NCBI RefSeq assembly: GCF_964188315.1
Contig: NC_135656.1
Coordinates: 58,156,001-58,220,000 of the forward strand
DNA: 64,000 nucleotides
Reading direction: 5' to 3'
Origin: Podarcis muralis
Lineage: Eukaryota
Position 1 is the stretch's first letter, and each line of letters starts with the position of its first letter. Positions 26,715-40,321 of the stretch are shown piece after piece. Made by a program: the position numbers and the translations under genes. A model generated the notes under the pieces. That model saw only the letters and a program-made list of their open reading frames with translations, did no database searches and had not been told where the DNA came from.

Positions 26715-29700
26715 TATCTGGATGAAACAAGTCTGTGGCATACTGTTTTTGAAGCCATGTGGATCTGTTAGGGGACAGAGCAGGTAAGACGTGGAGAACC
26801 AGTGGCCCTCTGGATGTTGGTCTCCAGTTCCCATAAGCCCCAGCCAGCATGACCAATGGTTAAATATGATAGAAGTTGCAGTCCAACAACTTTGGGAGGG
26901 CACCAGGTTCCACACTCCCAAGGACTCAATGAAAGACAACTTCAGCTATGGGGTGGGGAGCCATGCCAGTGGAATAGATTTCCTGGCATAGAGAGATAAC
27001 AGAATCAAGATAACATAGAGAAAAATGTAAATCTCTAGGGCATTTTAAATCTTCACAGGAAAGAACTGAGGACTTTGAAATTACAATATGCCACAACATG
27101 TGCAGCAGCATAGTGCAGTGGTTAGAGTGCCAGACTCTGGGGTTCAAATCCCCACTTGGCCACGAAGCTCACCGGTTGACCTAGGGCCAGTTACTGTACT
27201 GTACCTCGCAGGGTTGTTGTGGGGATTAAATGAAGAGGGGGCTCCAACATACACCACATTGAGCTCTTTAGAGGAAAGGTGGAATATAAATGCAATGAAT
27301 AAATAAATAATGAAATAAATAAACAGTGGAAGAGGCAAGTCTTCCTAGGAACATAGGAAGTCGCCTTTCATCAAGTCAGTCCATTGGTCCATCTAGCTTA
27401 GCACTGTCTATGCTGACGGGAGGTGCTCTCCAGGGTTTCAGATGGGATTCTTTTCTCAGCCATACCTGGAGATGCTGGGGACTGAAGTTCTGCATGCAAA
27501 GCACCTGCTCTGCTGCTGAGCTCCATCCCTTCCCCTTCCTGTAAGCTTCCTACAATTATTTCACCATCATCATTTTATTATTTATACCCCGCCCATCTTC
27601 CTGGGTTTCCCCAGCCACTCTGGGTGGCTTACTGAAAGGCTGACAGTCCTCATGGAATCAGAACTTTTGTCTGCCTAAGGTCACTTCTTTTTACCATATC
27701 TGTTAATAGGACTGATATGCCGTCCCTTATCACATGGGAACCTCAGGGCAGGTCACAACATTTTTAAATACAACAGCCTGTGTCAGAGAGAAAATAAAAT
27801 ACAATTAAAATCAGAATCGCCAGTCCCTGTATTAAGTATTACAATCAGTAGTTACAGGGACCGAGTGGACGCCTTGATTTAATAGGGCCTAGTCAGTAGC
27901 CAAAGCAGCCACCAAAGAGGAACTTTCAGAAGCTAAGAGAGAATTCTTTGAAACCACGACCTCCTGTGCCAAAGATGCAACAGCTCAGGGTCTTCTGGCA
28001 TAATTGCCTTTAAGTGTTGACACTCCTGCAGCCAATCTAAAACCAGCTTCAAAATCATAGCCTGTCCCAAGAGGCCTGGAGAATTGCAGTCTTGTAAAGT
28101 GGCTGGTCCCACCAGAACAAGTACAGCCCCCAAAGTCCACTGCAGGGCCATCTCTTTGAATGCAAAGTTCTGCAGGATGTTTGAAGGCCAAGAGGAAGAT
28201 CCATAGACTTCTAACTATCTTGTTCTCTTCCTCCCTGACCCATTTTGCAGCCTGACCCTTTGATACGAAACTCTTTGCTCCTTTCGAAATAGCATCTGCT
28301 TAACACCTCAGCCCTCCTTGGGGGGGGGAGGGAGACATTTATTTGGAACACTACTGATTCTATGCAACGTTGCTTACTCTCAAGGAGCGATGCTCACGAT
28401 CGAGTGTGGCTGCCTGATTTTCCTGGCCAGGAAAACGTTCTCATGGACTAAGGGGGTTTGTTTCCAAAAGAAGCAACCCCTCATCCCCAATTATCAGTTT
28501 CTTTTCACTGAAGGGAATTGGATGCGTGAGCTACAAGGCCTGGTGGTGTCTGAAAACCCCCAACTGCAAGCAAATGATGGGTGCAGATGCATATTTGGGG
28601 ACGTGGGAAGAGGGCTGCCTTGATGTGGGCCCGCCCCACACAGACGACCATAGGCACAGATCAGCTGTAACGGGGGCAATGGGATTGAATCTCCGAGTGC
28701 GTAAAAGTGATATTTTTAATTGGGGCGTTTAGTCGTCCCCCCGTCTGCTCTTTTAGAGGGGTCCAGGGCTCTGAATGAACCCTTCGACCCCTTAAAAGAG
28801 TGGCACCCAGCGCTGGGCTCTGCCAAGTGGCTGGTGCGACTCTGCAACCCAAAGGGTCCCCGGCCGGTGCTCGGCGCTCGCTCTCCCCTCCTGGCGCCTT
28901 TCAAATAGATCCGTGTCGGCCTGTCATCTTTTCCGAGAGCGGAGGGGCATCCGGAGGCGCCGGTTGGTGCCAGCGGAGCTCCTGCTTCCCTCCTCTTTGA
29001 GCTGTCAAAACTTACACCCGCCTTTTCCATTGCAGAGAGAGAGAGGAGAGAGAGACCCACCCGTGGCTTTCAACGAAATCTCCCAGCGGAGCCTCCGGGG
29101 TTTGTGGCTTGGAGAGATCTTCCAAGCCAAACAACCAAACAACCGCCGTCGGTTGGTTAGCAGCCTTAGCCGAGTGGAAAAACTACCGAGGCAGCCTGCG
29201 ATTGTCACCGCGGTCGATCTCAACCCGTCTCGCCTCTCTCGCCAGCCAAGAGCAGTTTGGTGCGGCGGAGCTGGGAACCAGGAGGTGGCGGGTTCGAATC
29301 TCACCAAGCGACTCTTGTTATCTCTAGCCAATAGGGAAAATGGAGATATTGGCCCACCTTACAGGGTTGTTGTCGTAAAAGGCGGCGCACGTTATTAAAA
29401 ACATGACCGCCGATCCCAAATGTGTCTGCCTTGCTTTGGAGGCCGCCCGTAGCTTTCGATGGGGCTTGCGAGGAAGCGCGCTTAAACGTCCTGCCTTTGT
29501 TTCACACGCATTCCTAAGCATATTTGGGAAGAAATTCCCATTGGTTTCCTCGGGATTTCTCTTCCAGGTCAGCATGAATAGGATTACAGGATTTCCTCAA
29601 GTGACAGTCTCTTTTACGAATTTGTAAACCCACTAGAAGGAAATTTGTTGCAGCCAACCAGTGCTAGTCCTGCTAGACTATGGATGAGCACCACTAATTT

Positions 29701-32700
29701 GCCTCCATTGACTTTAATGTCTCTACTCTTGGTTGGATACAGCCCATAACCTGTATTCTCCCATGCCATTTCATCTGTATAAAGTAAGGGGGTCCAATGA
29801 AGTAGTGGGCCTTATCTCTTGTAATATGTTTTCCCACTCATACTAGTCGGTATGACGGAAGAGCGCCGGTTCAAATGGAGGAATGGACGGAGAGGATGGC
29901 AGATGAGCAAGATTTCATTAGTTAAAGGGTTCTGATAGCTTTGTCTTTTTCCCCTTTTAAAGCAGACGCATCAAAGGACGCCCACCCACGTTTCAATCTG
30001 GAGTTGCGACTATATAACGTGTGTGGACGTAGGATCTCAGAAATAAAGGCCTTACAGAGACCTGTCTGGTTGTTAGCGCTCTTATTTGAGTCCACAAGAA
30101 ACATCTAACCCACTCTTCCAAATATTTCGCCAGTAAAATATAGGGATTGCACGTTTGTGCTAAATTTATTTTGCCGCGCAATTCATGGTAAACTTATGTT
30201 CAAAGTGGGTTTTCTTCTTTAATCCTAGTAGGTTATTTTTTAATTCTTATTTAATTAGACGCTCTTTCTGCCCCACGTGTCTATCATTTGGAAGCTGCAG
30301 CTGAAGGGTGATGTCACCAGGCTCCTTTAATGCATGCGCATGACGTCACAGGCTGGAACTAATCCCGGTCCAGAGGGCTCTCAACTTTGGCGCCCTCGAT
30401 AGCGTCCACTGATCGTCCTATGTCAGGACATCTTGAGGGGGCTGGCTCTATTTTCCGCGGGGAAATTCTCCTATGAATGCGTTGGACGCCTTATGGAAAA
30501 GAGTGCTAAACCGGAGTTTTTTTCTTACGTTATTATAGATTTATTTATTAAATTTATATTCCGCCCTCCCTCCTAAAGGTGCTCAGGGCGGCAAAGACAG
30601 AAACCATAAAACAATCAAAACACCCGAAAACATTTTTTTTTAAAAAAAAATAAACTAAGAGCCATTCCAATGCACATATTTTGGAGAGCAACAAAGAGGA
30701 CGCATTTGCCGACTTCTACTCTTAACTATGGATCGCAATGACGACTCTCATTTTACATACCCATGAAAAACAGGACATGTCCTGGCGACAGAGGACATAT
30801 GGCAACCCTTGAAAGCTTCGTTGGAAGCCTTTTTGTTGTCGTTGGCTTGTTCGGGAACAACTACAGAACAGAGAGTCCATTTTAGGAGGATCTGGTGGGG
30901 CGAGGGATGCAGGGCCTGTATCCAGCGTAAGGGGTCGAAGAGGCTTGGGAAGGCCGAACACAGGAGACAAGACGTTGGGAGTGAGCCAGCAGGAGAAAGG
31001 AGGGAGATGGGCACAGATGGGAAGGCAGGTGTCGGAGATGCGAGCCTGCACACCATTGAGGGTGTACTATGGAGGGTGAATGAAGACGGCAGGAGGGGGC
31101 CTTGGAGCAAAGCAACCTGGCGGGCGGAGAGAGGCTGGGGGTAGAAGGTCCACCTGCTTGTATTTCAGTTCAAGACTAACAAGAACACAGGAAACGGTCC
31201 TATCTGGTTCAGTCTTATCTACACCAGTTGGCAGCTGCTCTCCAGGATGTCAGACGGGGGTTTCCCGCAGCCCTACCTGGAGATATGGAGAATTGAACCT
31301 GGGATCTTCTGCGCGCAAAGCAGACGCCCTGCCATTCCCCACATTAATCCTATGCCCACTCAGTGGATTTAGGATCGCGCTGAAAGACATGGGACGCAAT
31401 CCTAAATCACTTGCGTGGGCTATCTAGATAGAGCAGTCAAGTCCAACATGAAGTCGTTGTCATTGAACACGTGGATCTTTCTCGCATTGGCTCAGCGAGG
31501 TAATTTCAGGCTCTGGATTGACAATGAAACTCCATACATGACTTTTCAGAAGTCAACTCCACCGAACTCAATGGGAAGTGTACAGGATTGCAGCTTAAAC
31601 GGCTTTGGGGTTCCTGTTTTTTTCCCCAGATGGCAGAGTGCTTTACTTCCCTGACTTGATAGGCCAGGCAGGCTGCATTTGAGGGCCCTGCTACTGATTC
31701 CGCCGAGTGGGATCCTAGAGCTCTAGAGCCCCGAGACCTCTGCCCTGACGGCAACACGGGTTCCTTGCTCTGATCGGGCGGAAGCAGATTCTGTTGGAAT
31801 CGGCGCGGGTCTTCCTCCCAGAGGCAAATGGGATTTGAGTCAGGGATGCAAGCAGGGTTGTGCGTTAACAGCAGCAGTGCAGTTCTCACTTATCTCTCTC
31901 GTGATTATTAAATCCAGATTTGGGGACGAGGGGAAACAGCAGCAAGGGCGGCCTGCACAGGGGAGCCGACCAGCCAAACCGTTAAGCCGGAGTACTCGGC
32001 TTGTGCAGTTCCAGCCAAGGCGACATACACCGAACAAACCAGTCCGAATTGAACCAGATTGTGGGCCAGAGCCGCGCTTTAAAAGGTCAGTGCAGCCCAG
32101 CTCTCGCTTTCCTGAAAGGTCTGAGGTTTGTTTGCGTTCAAGGAATTCCAGCAACCTTCCTACTGAAGACCGAAATTACCCTGAACCGATTAACCCTTTG
32201 CTTTCCACGGCGACCACACATCTGAAGGCCTTTTCTCCGGCAGGTAACTTTCCTTTCACGAAAAGTGTCAAGGCACTTAAGTGGAAGTAAGTAAATCCAC
32301 AACGACAAACCTGTTTTCTTTTAATGTGTTGAGGGTCCCGGTGTCAGAATGGTTGCAAAGGCCCATCTGCAACAATGCTATCCAGAGCCAGGATCCCGAG
32401 CCTGACATCTTATACACGCCTCCTCAGAAGTGTCCCATTGAGCACGGTAAGCGACTCACTCCCAGGAAAAGGTGTATAGGGATTGCGGCCCAAATCTGCG
32501 GCCTTAAACGCATTTATTAGGGAGCAAGTCCCTCTGAACACAAAGGGACTTGTTTTATCAGTGAAATGTAGAAGGTTGCGCAGTAAACTTCTACACGACT
32601 TGTTTTCTTTCCCGAGTCTGGGATCAGGCTAGAAGGAGTTCCTCCAATTAAAACCTGGCTATAAACCCGGATCTGAGCCTAAATTTCGAAGCTGCAAGCA

Positions 32701-35227
32701 TGTTTGCTTTGGCTGAAAATGCAAGTGAATGTGTGGTTGGGACGCAGTCTGTTGGTCTTGCGACAACGGGACTGCACCGTTATTTACTACATACAAGCCT
32801 CGTTCCTACAAGGCGGTTTAATCGTCGCAAGAAGCTATTCCCAAATGCCTGCATTCCCCTGGGAACAAAAATGTGCTGCGGACATAAAGTTCATCACAAC
32901 ACACTCACGAGAAGGCTGAAATGCGATTGTAAATCAAGCTTCCTACCTGGCCATCAATCAATTAAAAAACACGGTGCAAAGGTATTTGTATAGTTCAAAT
33001 GCCAATGGTGGGACGCGGTGGCTTAAAAGTGGTACGTGTGAAAACGCGGTTTGGGGTTTCCGGATGGCGCTGCTTGGAGCTGTTCTGAGCCAGAATTGTG
33101 GAAGGTTGCAAATAGGCTTCCCCGCCTGACCCCCGCCCCCTATCTGTGTACAAGAAAAATACCTAGAGTTGTTGAGCTGGATCTGTACGTCCAGGAGCTC
33201 CTATGCGCTCTGGATCCGTATGCCTATGTATTTGTGGGTTTTTACAATAAAGTCTAACTCGATCCCATGAATGTTCAGACTGGGCGATTTCCTTCCACCG
33301 CTTGGTCGTTTTGCGACGGCTAATTTCTTAGTTGTTTTCTAATGTTCAAACTAGCAGCCCACGATGTGTGTGTGTTTTTAAACTTGATGATTCCTTTTAA
33401 AAGAAAGTCTCCCCGCCCATCTTGTACAGCCCGATCCATAAACCAGTTAAGTTATAATATAGAGCTGATTACTAAACAGGGTATTATGCACAGGACAGTA
33501 ACCCTTAAATCTCACTTAAAAGCCACCTGGCAGCAAAATGTGGAATTCCGCCTCCCCCACCCCTCCTCGATTTTCTGCAGGATTATTAGCGCTAAACAGA
33601 CTCATGTTTCGCCGATAAATTATTGAAAATCGTTAAAGAGTAAGTGACACCGTTTCCTCTCAAATTCCAAGGAGAAGCCTATTATAATGAACTTCTAGTT
33701 TATATATTAGGCAGTCTTCTGACGCACAAGCTCCACAAACGCTCCTAGGACGACATGGATATTATTTTGTGTTTTTTAAAACAATAAAAACTCCTTATTT
33801 CCTCAGACATTTAGCAAGCAATATTTTAACTGACTGATATTCCCAGTCAGTCCATCGTGCTTTCAGTAGGGCAAAGCGTTGGATGGCTGCATGAAGCTCA
33901 AGGGTGAGATTTTGGTCTGGCTACAATCTAAGCGCCCGGAACAGGGCTGAGAGCAATCGCTGGCTGATACAATCGATTGACCAATTCACACGTGCAAGTT
34001 AATCAGGTGGCTTTAAATGGGACTTGAACTGGTCCTTGAGCCGGTTCACTCCGGCAAGCAATCCTGTGCCCTGGCCGGGCGTTTCCCTTCCCGGCAGGAG
34101 TATTGCGTTGCGTTGGGTTGCCCAAGACATTGCCAAGACCAACTGGGTTCCGTAAGAAACGCTTCCAGCCAAGAAAGGAGAAAGGGGGGGCGGGGCGGGC
34201 GGGATGCGTAACTCTCGACAGAACTTGTCCAAATTGTTATGCTTTATGGACAGTTACTGGGGAGTAAATTTCATTGGGTTCAGTGCGACCTAACATCCGC
34301 GCATTTTTTTTAAAAATGCACAGGCTCTGGTTGCATATGTCTCCAAATGAGGGCAGTTGGTTAATGGATAACAAGGTAAGCCTATGTATGTCTACTCAGA
34401 GGTAAGTCCCCCTGAGTTTAATGGGACTTTCTCCCAGCGGGATTGCATCCTTAATACGGTATAATTCATTGCACACAAACACGTACGCGTGGATGGCAAG
34501 TTCTGACAAAAAAACTCGTAGGAAGACTTTTGGACGTTGGTTGACTTGGGACTGTGCTCTCTCCCGTGGAGGAAGCAGAGAGTTAGGAAATTAGGGAGAA
34601 ACATTATTCTTATTATTATTTAGGCAATTTGAGCCCCTTCATTTCAGACTCACCAGCTGTATGTGCGCTGCTTGCCAAAGCAAAATATGCCCCAAGATTT
34701 CTAAGGAAAATATGTAACTGTTTTATCAAGAAGACAATGAGACTGTGGGTGGCGTTGAATGATGTGCCCATTCTCCTCTTCCAGACAACAAACAAGAACA
34801 ATAGCCATTTCTATCTCGTCAGGAGAGATAAGTTCTATCTGCACAAGAAGGTGCAGCTCGGAAAATGGCTGGAAGGAGCAGGAGGAGGGAGATACTAAAA
34901 AATTGAAAGGCAGAATACAGCTTCAAGCTGCTCTTGAGTTGGCCTACATCATTCTGTTCACTATTACGGCACGCCTTTTACTTTTAAACTAAGGCTTGCT
35001 TGGTTGTTATTTTTAATGATTTTACAGAGCGACAAACAAAATAAATACCTAAATAAAGGGTTCCTGCCCCAAGGATCTTACAATCTTCATTTTGCCAGCA
35101 GGAAGACAACTGCGCAAAAGGAAGAGAAGCTTTCTAAAATTATGGATATTTGCATAGGAGTAAGCCTTCCTAAATGTATTGAGCTACTCCTTAAGGACAG
35201 CAGTCTTTATTTTACCTGTGCGTTTAC

Positions 35228-35394
35228 ATGGGTGCAGCCAAGGGTGGGGCAGGCGGGCAATTGCCCCCTAGATCAAGTAAAACAATAGAAATACTTAACC
35301 AACTGACCAATCACGTCGGTTCTGCCCCCTAACGAAAGTCCTGCCCCCCATACCAAGTCCCGCCCCTCCAACAAAAATCCTGGCTACGCCCATG
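35228..35394. mobile_element. hAT-like MITE
   Basis: Imperfect TIRs CATGGGTGCAGCCA / TGGCTACGCCCATG. Confidence 0.5.
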
Positions 35395-38300
35395 ACCTAA
35401 TCTGAAAAAACCTCTTTTAAATTATTCTCCTATTGCACTCATAATCTTAAAATATGGGACACGACTCGCTTGTGAGTCCTTTCCCCCCCCCCAAGAGAGT
35501 ATTAGACAGGCCCCTAACAGACCACTCTTGTGCATGTTGACTTCGAAGTAAGCCCATTTTCTTAGGACTTCACTGTGCGTCTATCCTGATCTCAGGGTCA
35601 AAGAACCGTAGAGTTGGAAGGAACCCAAGTGTCATCTAGTCCAACCCCCTCCAATGCAGGAAGGATATACCTTGTAAGAAAGGAATCGACGTAGCTGTGT
35701 CCCTTTCTTGGTCTTCCTCATTTTTTGTCCATTTACATATAACCGCTCTCTCATCTATAACTGGGGGGGGGGGGGGCTATTCTAAGCTCCGCATCAGTAG
35801 TACTGTATTCTGTTTTGGGGGGAATACTTTCTGCTTCTGCATTATTATTTTTAATTTGAGAGTTACATAAATTAGTATAAAACAGCACACTGCTGGCTTG
35901 AGGTTAAATGGTTGTACCCTCCTCGACTTTGAAACCTATCAATAGCGCAATCCTAGGTCTGTTTATGGAGAAGTAAGTCTCACCCAATTCAACGGCGCTC
36001 ACTCCGAGGTAAATGTGCATGGGATCAATTCACTTTGTACACAAGGAATTCGGATTAACTGGTTTGTCAGCTCAGAGCACTGGAACCCAAATAATGAAAC
36101 CAGGAGGGAGGTGGAAAACATTCAATGGTGTGCACACTAACGGCGTGGGATGGGACGCGACTGGTACGTGTTGAACTCACAAAAAGCAGACAAAAGCTAA
36201 TATCAGTCAATTATTAAAGCCTTAAATCGCCAACGAAGACCTCCGCGTGGTTTAAATGCAGTTCCTCGCTCAAATGCAAAGCACACAGTCCCAGGGGAGG
36301 GTGAGCGCCAGCCACGTCTCACCGAAGCCCGAAAGGCAGGAAACTAACCGCACGGATTGCCACGAGAATCTCCATTGCGCGCACTGAAACTTAATCTGTC
36401 CCGCGTGTGGGGGGGGAGAAGTTCGCATCCCGCGCCACCAAACCCAGGAGACAAAGACACTTATGCGAGCACCGCGACAGCTCCAGACGCCCATTATCTG
36501 CGGATCATTATTTGCCTGCATTTCCCGGCCAAGGAGCGCTCCATAAGGAGATCAGCGAAGTCGGTCCAAATCTTGCGCCCTTTTAAATCTGGAAGTCCGT
36601 CCCCGTGGGAGGGTGAAGCGGGACTTCATTCCCAGCTAGCTTTGGAGAGGACTGCAGAGCCACGCCAACCAAGGGGCAGCTCTCCGATCCCCGACCTCAT
36701 ACGTGCTGCGAGGTATAACTGATCCTCGAAAACCAGTTCCACGGGGACTTACTGTATTTCCAAACCATTTGTTTAGGTCGCTTCAGGGCGCGAGTCCCAC
36801 GAAAGCCAACTGAACCAATGCCCAACGCCTTTATTGGGGGAAATAAATGCATTTAATGATGGGGACGTAGATATAGGCTGAAATCGAAGCTTAGGGAAGG
36901 GGGACCCTTGCGGCGGAGCGGCGGCTCTTAGGATTTGCAAGCAGCCTGCTTCTTCTTAAAGCCGCGAGTCCCTGCGCGCCTCCCCGAGGCTAACGGAGTC
37001 CCAGGGGCGCGGCTCCTCCAGGCCTCTTTCTCCCACTTGCCCAAAGCGTTATAGAAGCGTGATGGCGCCGCGTTGCCGTCGGATCTGCCCGCTCAGCTGC
37101 CTCTGCCCTCCACCAACAGCCCTGGGCCTGCAGCCCCGCCACTCCGTCTCTGCGGTGGTGGTGTGCTTGTGGTGACCGGGAGGATGCCACGGGGCGGGAA
37201 TCACACCGGCCCCGTCCTTGGAAGCGGACCCGTGGCCTTTGGGCCCCGCAGGCGGATCCTTCGCCGGCTGGTCTGTCCTAGCCAGGGCGGAGAAGGAGCA
37301 GAAGGCGCCTGCCCCGCTCCAGGTGCCCCTAGCGTCCACCACCGTGGCAGCCATCCAGAGCGAGGCTGGTTTTATAGAGCCTTTTATTTTACACGGGACA
37401 ATAAAACAGCTCCCTGAGCCGTTTGCCAACATAAAAACACCCCCGACGACGGAGGTGCCAATGCAAAGCGGAGGGCAACGCGCTTTGGGCTTGGGAAGCG
37501 ATCGCAGCAAGAAGGGAAAGGGGGAGCATTCAAGAAGAAGGAGGCACTTTTTTTGGGGGGGGTTCAGGACCCCAGAAACAGTCTCTCCCTCTCTCCGTGG
37601 GCACTTGACATGGCTAGACGACGTTTACGCACTTAAGCGCGAGGCTGCTTTTTATTAAGGGTGTGTTGGGAGAACAAGCAGGCTGGTAGGTTTTCCTCGC
37701 GCATGGCGGCCCTCAGGACTGGAGGTCAACTTCTGGCCCTTTACACAAACCACTGCCAGGTCAGCACCGGCGCCCAAGCAGCGTCAGCGCTTGGAGAGGC
37801 GTCCCAGAGGTCCGAGGACCAACCCAGGCATGCGGGGGTCGCCCAGGAGGAGGAAATGGAAAGTTACAGGGGCTACAACAATAAGCCACAGGCCCTCCTC
37901 CCTCCAAGCACTGGGGGACTTCCCCCTCTCTTGGGGGTGCACAAGAAGAGAAAAACGAATCTCCTCGCTGATCAAAGCGTATCCTGACACGTACAGCCCA
38001 ACAAGCAACATCCCCTCCGCTGTGTGGAGTTCAGCAACTCCCTCACAACTACCACCACTGCGTTATTGCAATCCATGAAAGGTGGGGGGCTGTGCATGAC
38101 CCCCCACCTTCTGGCTTTGCCTTGCTATTTGATTCGCAGTCATCCTTGTCTTCGGGCAAAATCCCTCCTTTAGCCCCATGACGGGATCCCACTCCCCTCC
38201 TTTAAAAAAAAAATATGCAAGGGGGACATACAACCACACAAAAGAATTTGCTCGGGAGCTTGGTCTGCAAAACTTGCCTCTGGGCGATCTATTTATTCAA

Positions 38301-40277
38301 GTGACATTCCATCTTTAAGCTTCAGAAGTGGATAAATTCAAGCTAGAAAACCCAGATTAGTTAAATAAATGGGCGAGGACCACCTACTTTCTCTGTCTCA
38401 CCCCCCACCCTCTCTCTTCAGACGTGGCAAATGCACTCTTTCGCCAGCACTGGGACCTAGTGTGGGAGCACCATATCAGCGATCTAGCTGCACGGATTTG
38501 AGAGAGAGTGTGCGTGTGTGTGGACTCGTGTGGAGCTCTGACTGTAATAGGATGAGGCATCGCGCGCTGCGCAGATGCAACGTCTTTAATATATTACTGT
38601 CCAAACAGATGATGGGACTTTAATAATAAGGCAGCGGCCCTGAACTAAACGTTGGGAGAGCTGACAAAAACGCGGGCTAAAAAACAGAAAGCTTAATTTT
38701 CCCTGACAGATACAAATGACACCCCAAGGCTTTTTCGAAGAGCAGCAACTGGCTGCCGGAACCGCCGCTGATCTCTCCCGCTCCCCTCCACCCGCCGCTT
38801 GAGCATGCTTCCCAAAGCTGGGAAGATAGAAAAGCCCTTCCCTCCCCCTCTCCCCTCCCTCTACAGCAAAGCGAGCTGGGTTTCCGCTTGGCACCGGGAC
38901 AGCCGGCCTGCTTGCCTGCCTAAGGCGCGCCCGGGTGACTGCAGGGCCCCCAGGCCGCCAGAGCGCAATGGCTGAGCCTCTCTCGGGGGGCCTCCGCCTC
39001 TTGTTAGGATGCTGAGGCTCTCTTGCGTCCTGATCCTGGACGTTTCCAGGAGGAAGAGAAAAGGAGATGTTTGCAAAGCGCGTGAGGGAAGAGGTATCAG
39101 ATAATAAGAGCGGGCAGAGCATCTGCTTTGCATGCAGTCCCGGGTTCAAGTCCCGCCATCGCCAGGCAAGGGCTGCGAAAGGCCCCTGTCTGAGCCGCTG
39201 CCGGGCCAGCCACGGGGAACCTCTGGCCCTCCAGATGTTGATGGGTCCAGACAGCCAGGGGGAGGGTGACAGCTGTACTCCTGCGACATCTGGAGGTTCC
39301 ACCGGTTTCCTCATCCTTGGTGTAGACAATAGTGGTCTGTCTTGCTATTCGTTTAAAAGGAAAGAGGTCCCACAGTTCCAGTTTCTCCTAAAAGAAGCAG
39401 CCCTTGGGGCTGAAATACACGAGTGACAGCCTGGCACTTCAGTTTCGGGACAATTACATTGAATCCCATTTTGGACACCGTGAGGCTGAAGGCACGTAGC
39501 AGGGACCCCGCCCGACTCAGTGGCTTCTGAGTCGACGCGCTCCGAATCCCGGCTCTAGGTCGCACTTCGAGGCGACCACTCACTCCTTGGCTGGCCTGGG
39601 ACTTTATTGCTGCAAAATCGAGATGTTGCGTTGCAGTAGAACGCGCTGCATTCCGACTTCGGCTGCAGCCCGGTCCTGTGCATGTTGAAGACACGGAATA
39701 GGATTCGCTTTCCAGGGGGAAAGAAAACGCCTGTTAGGCTGCGCTGGGCACTTACACCAGAGCAGATCTATTGATCTTAGGCGGGCCCCGGAGTCCACGA
39801 GCTGCGGGTTGCTGTCTTCTTTAATAGCTCTGACTATCTTCGGAGCAGGAGAGAAGGGGAGTTTCGGAAGCGTCCGGAGGGGCAGGATAAGGAACTATAA
39901 TATCGTTCCTTAGCTCGCCCCCTCTGGGAACATGCTTTTCAGATTAATTGATGGAGGAAAAGGGCAGGGGAGTTTGTTAACCAGGCTGCTCATATTACTC
40001 AGGGCATCTCTTCATCTGAACTTGGTGCGCTTTTTTCCTTCTTCTTCTTCTTCTTTAGGGGGGAATTAAAAAATATGCCTCTGATCCAGTGTAATCAAAA
40101 GCGCAGGAACCACTAGCCTCTCTCATTCGTTAGGGAGCCTTCCCAAGCTGAAAAGAAGCTGCAATCGGAGCCACTCGGGATTGTGTTTCCAACATGTATT
40201 TCCACCCCCCCTCCTTGTCCTTGTTTCATTCAAGCAAGCCTCTTAATTGCTGGCAGTATTTTGCTTGGTGAGGGAGG

Positions 40278-40283
<6 letters not shown>

Positions 40284-40317
<34 letters not shown>
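40284..40317. repeat. (GA)n microsatellite
   Basis: Direct reading. Confidence 0.9.

Positions 40318-40321
<4 letters not shown>

Noticed and set aside
38586-39329. 247-aa minus-strand ORF
   Set aside because: Runs through SINE and MITE fragments and GC-rich DNA; no recognisable domain.
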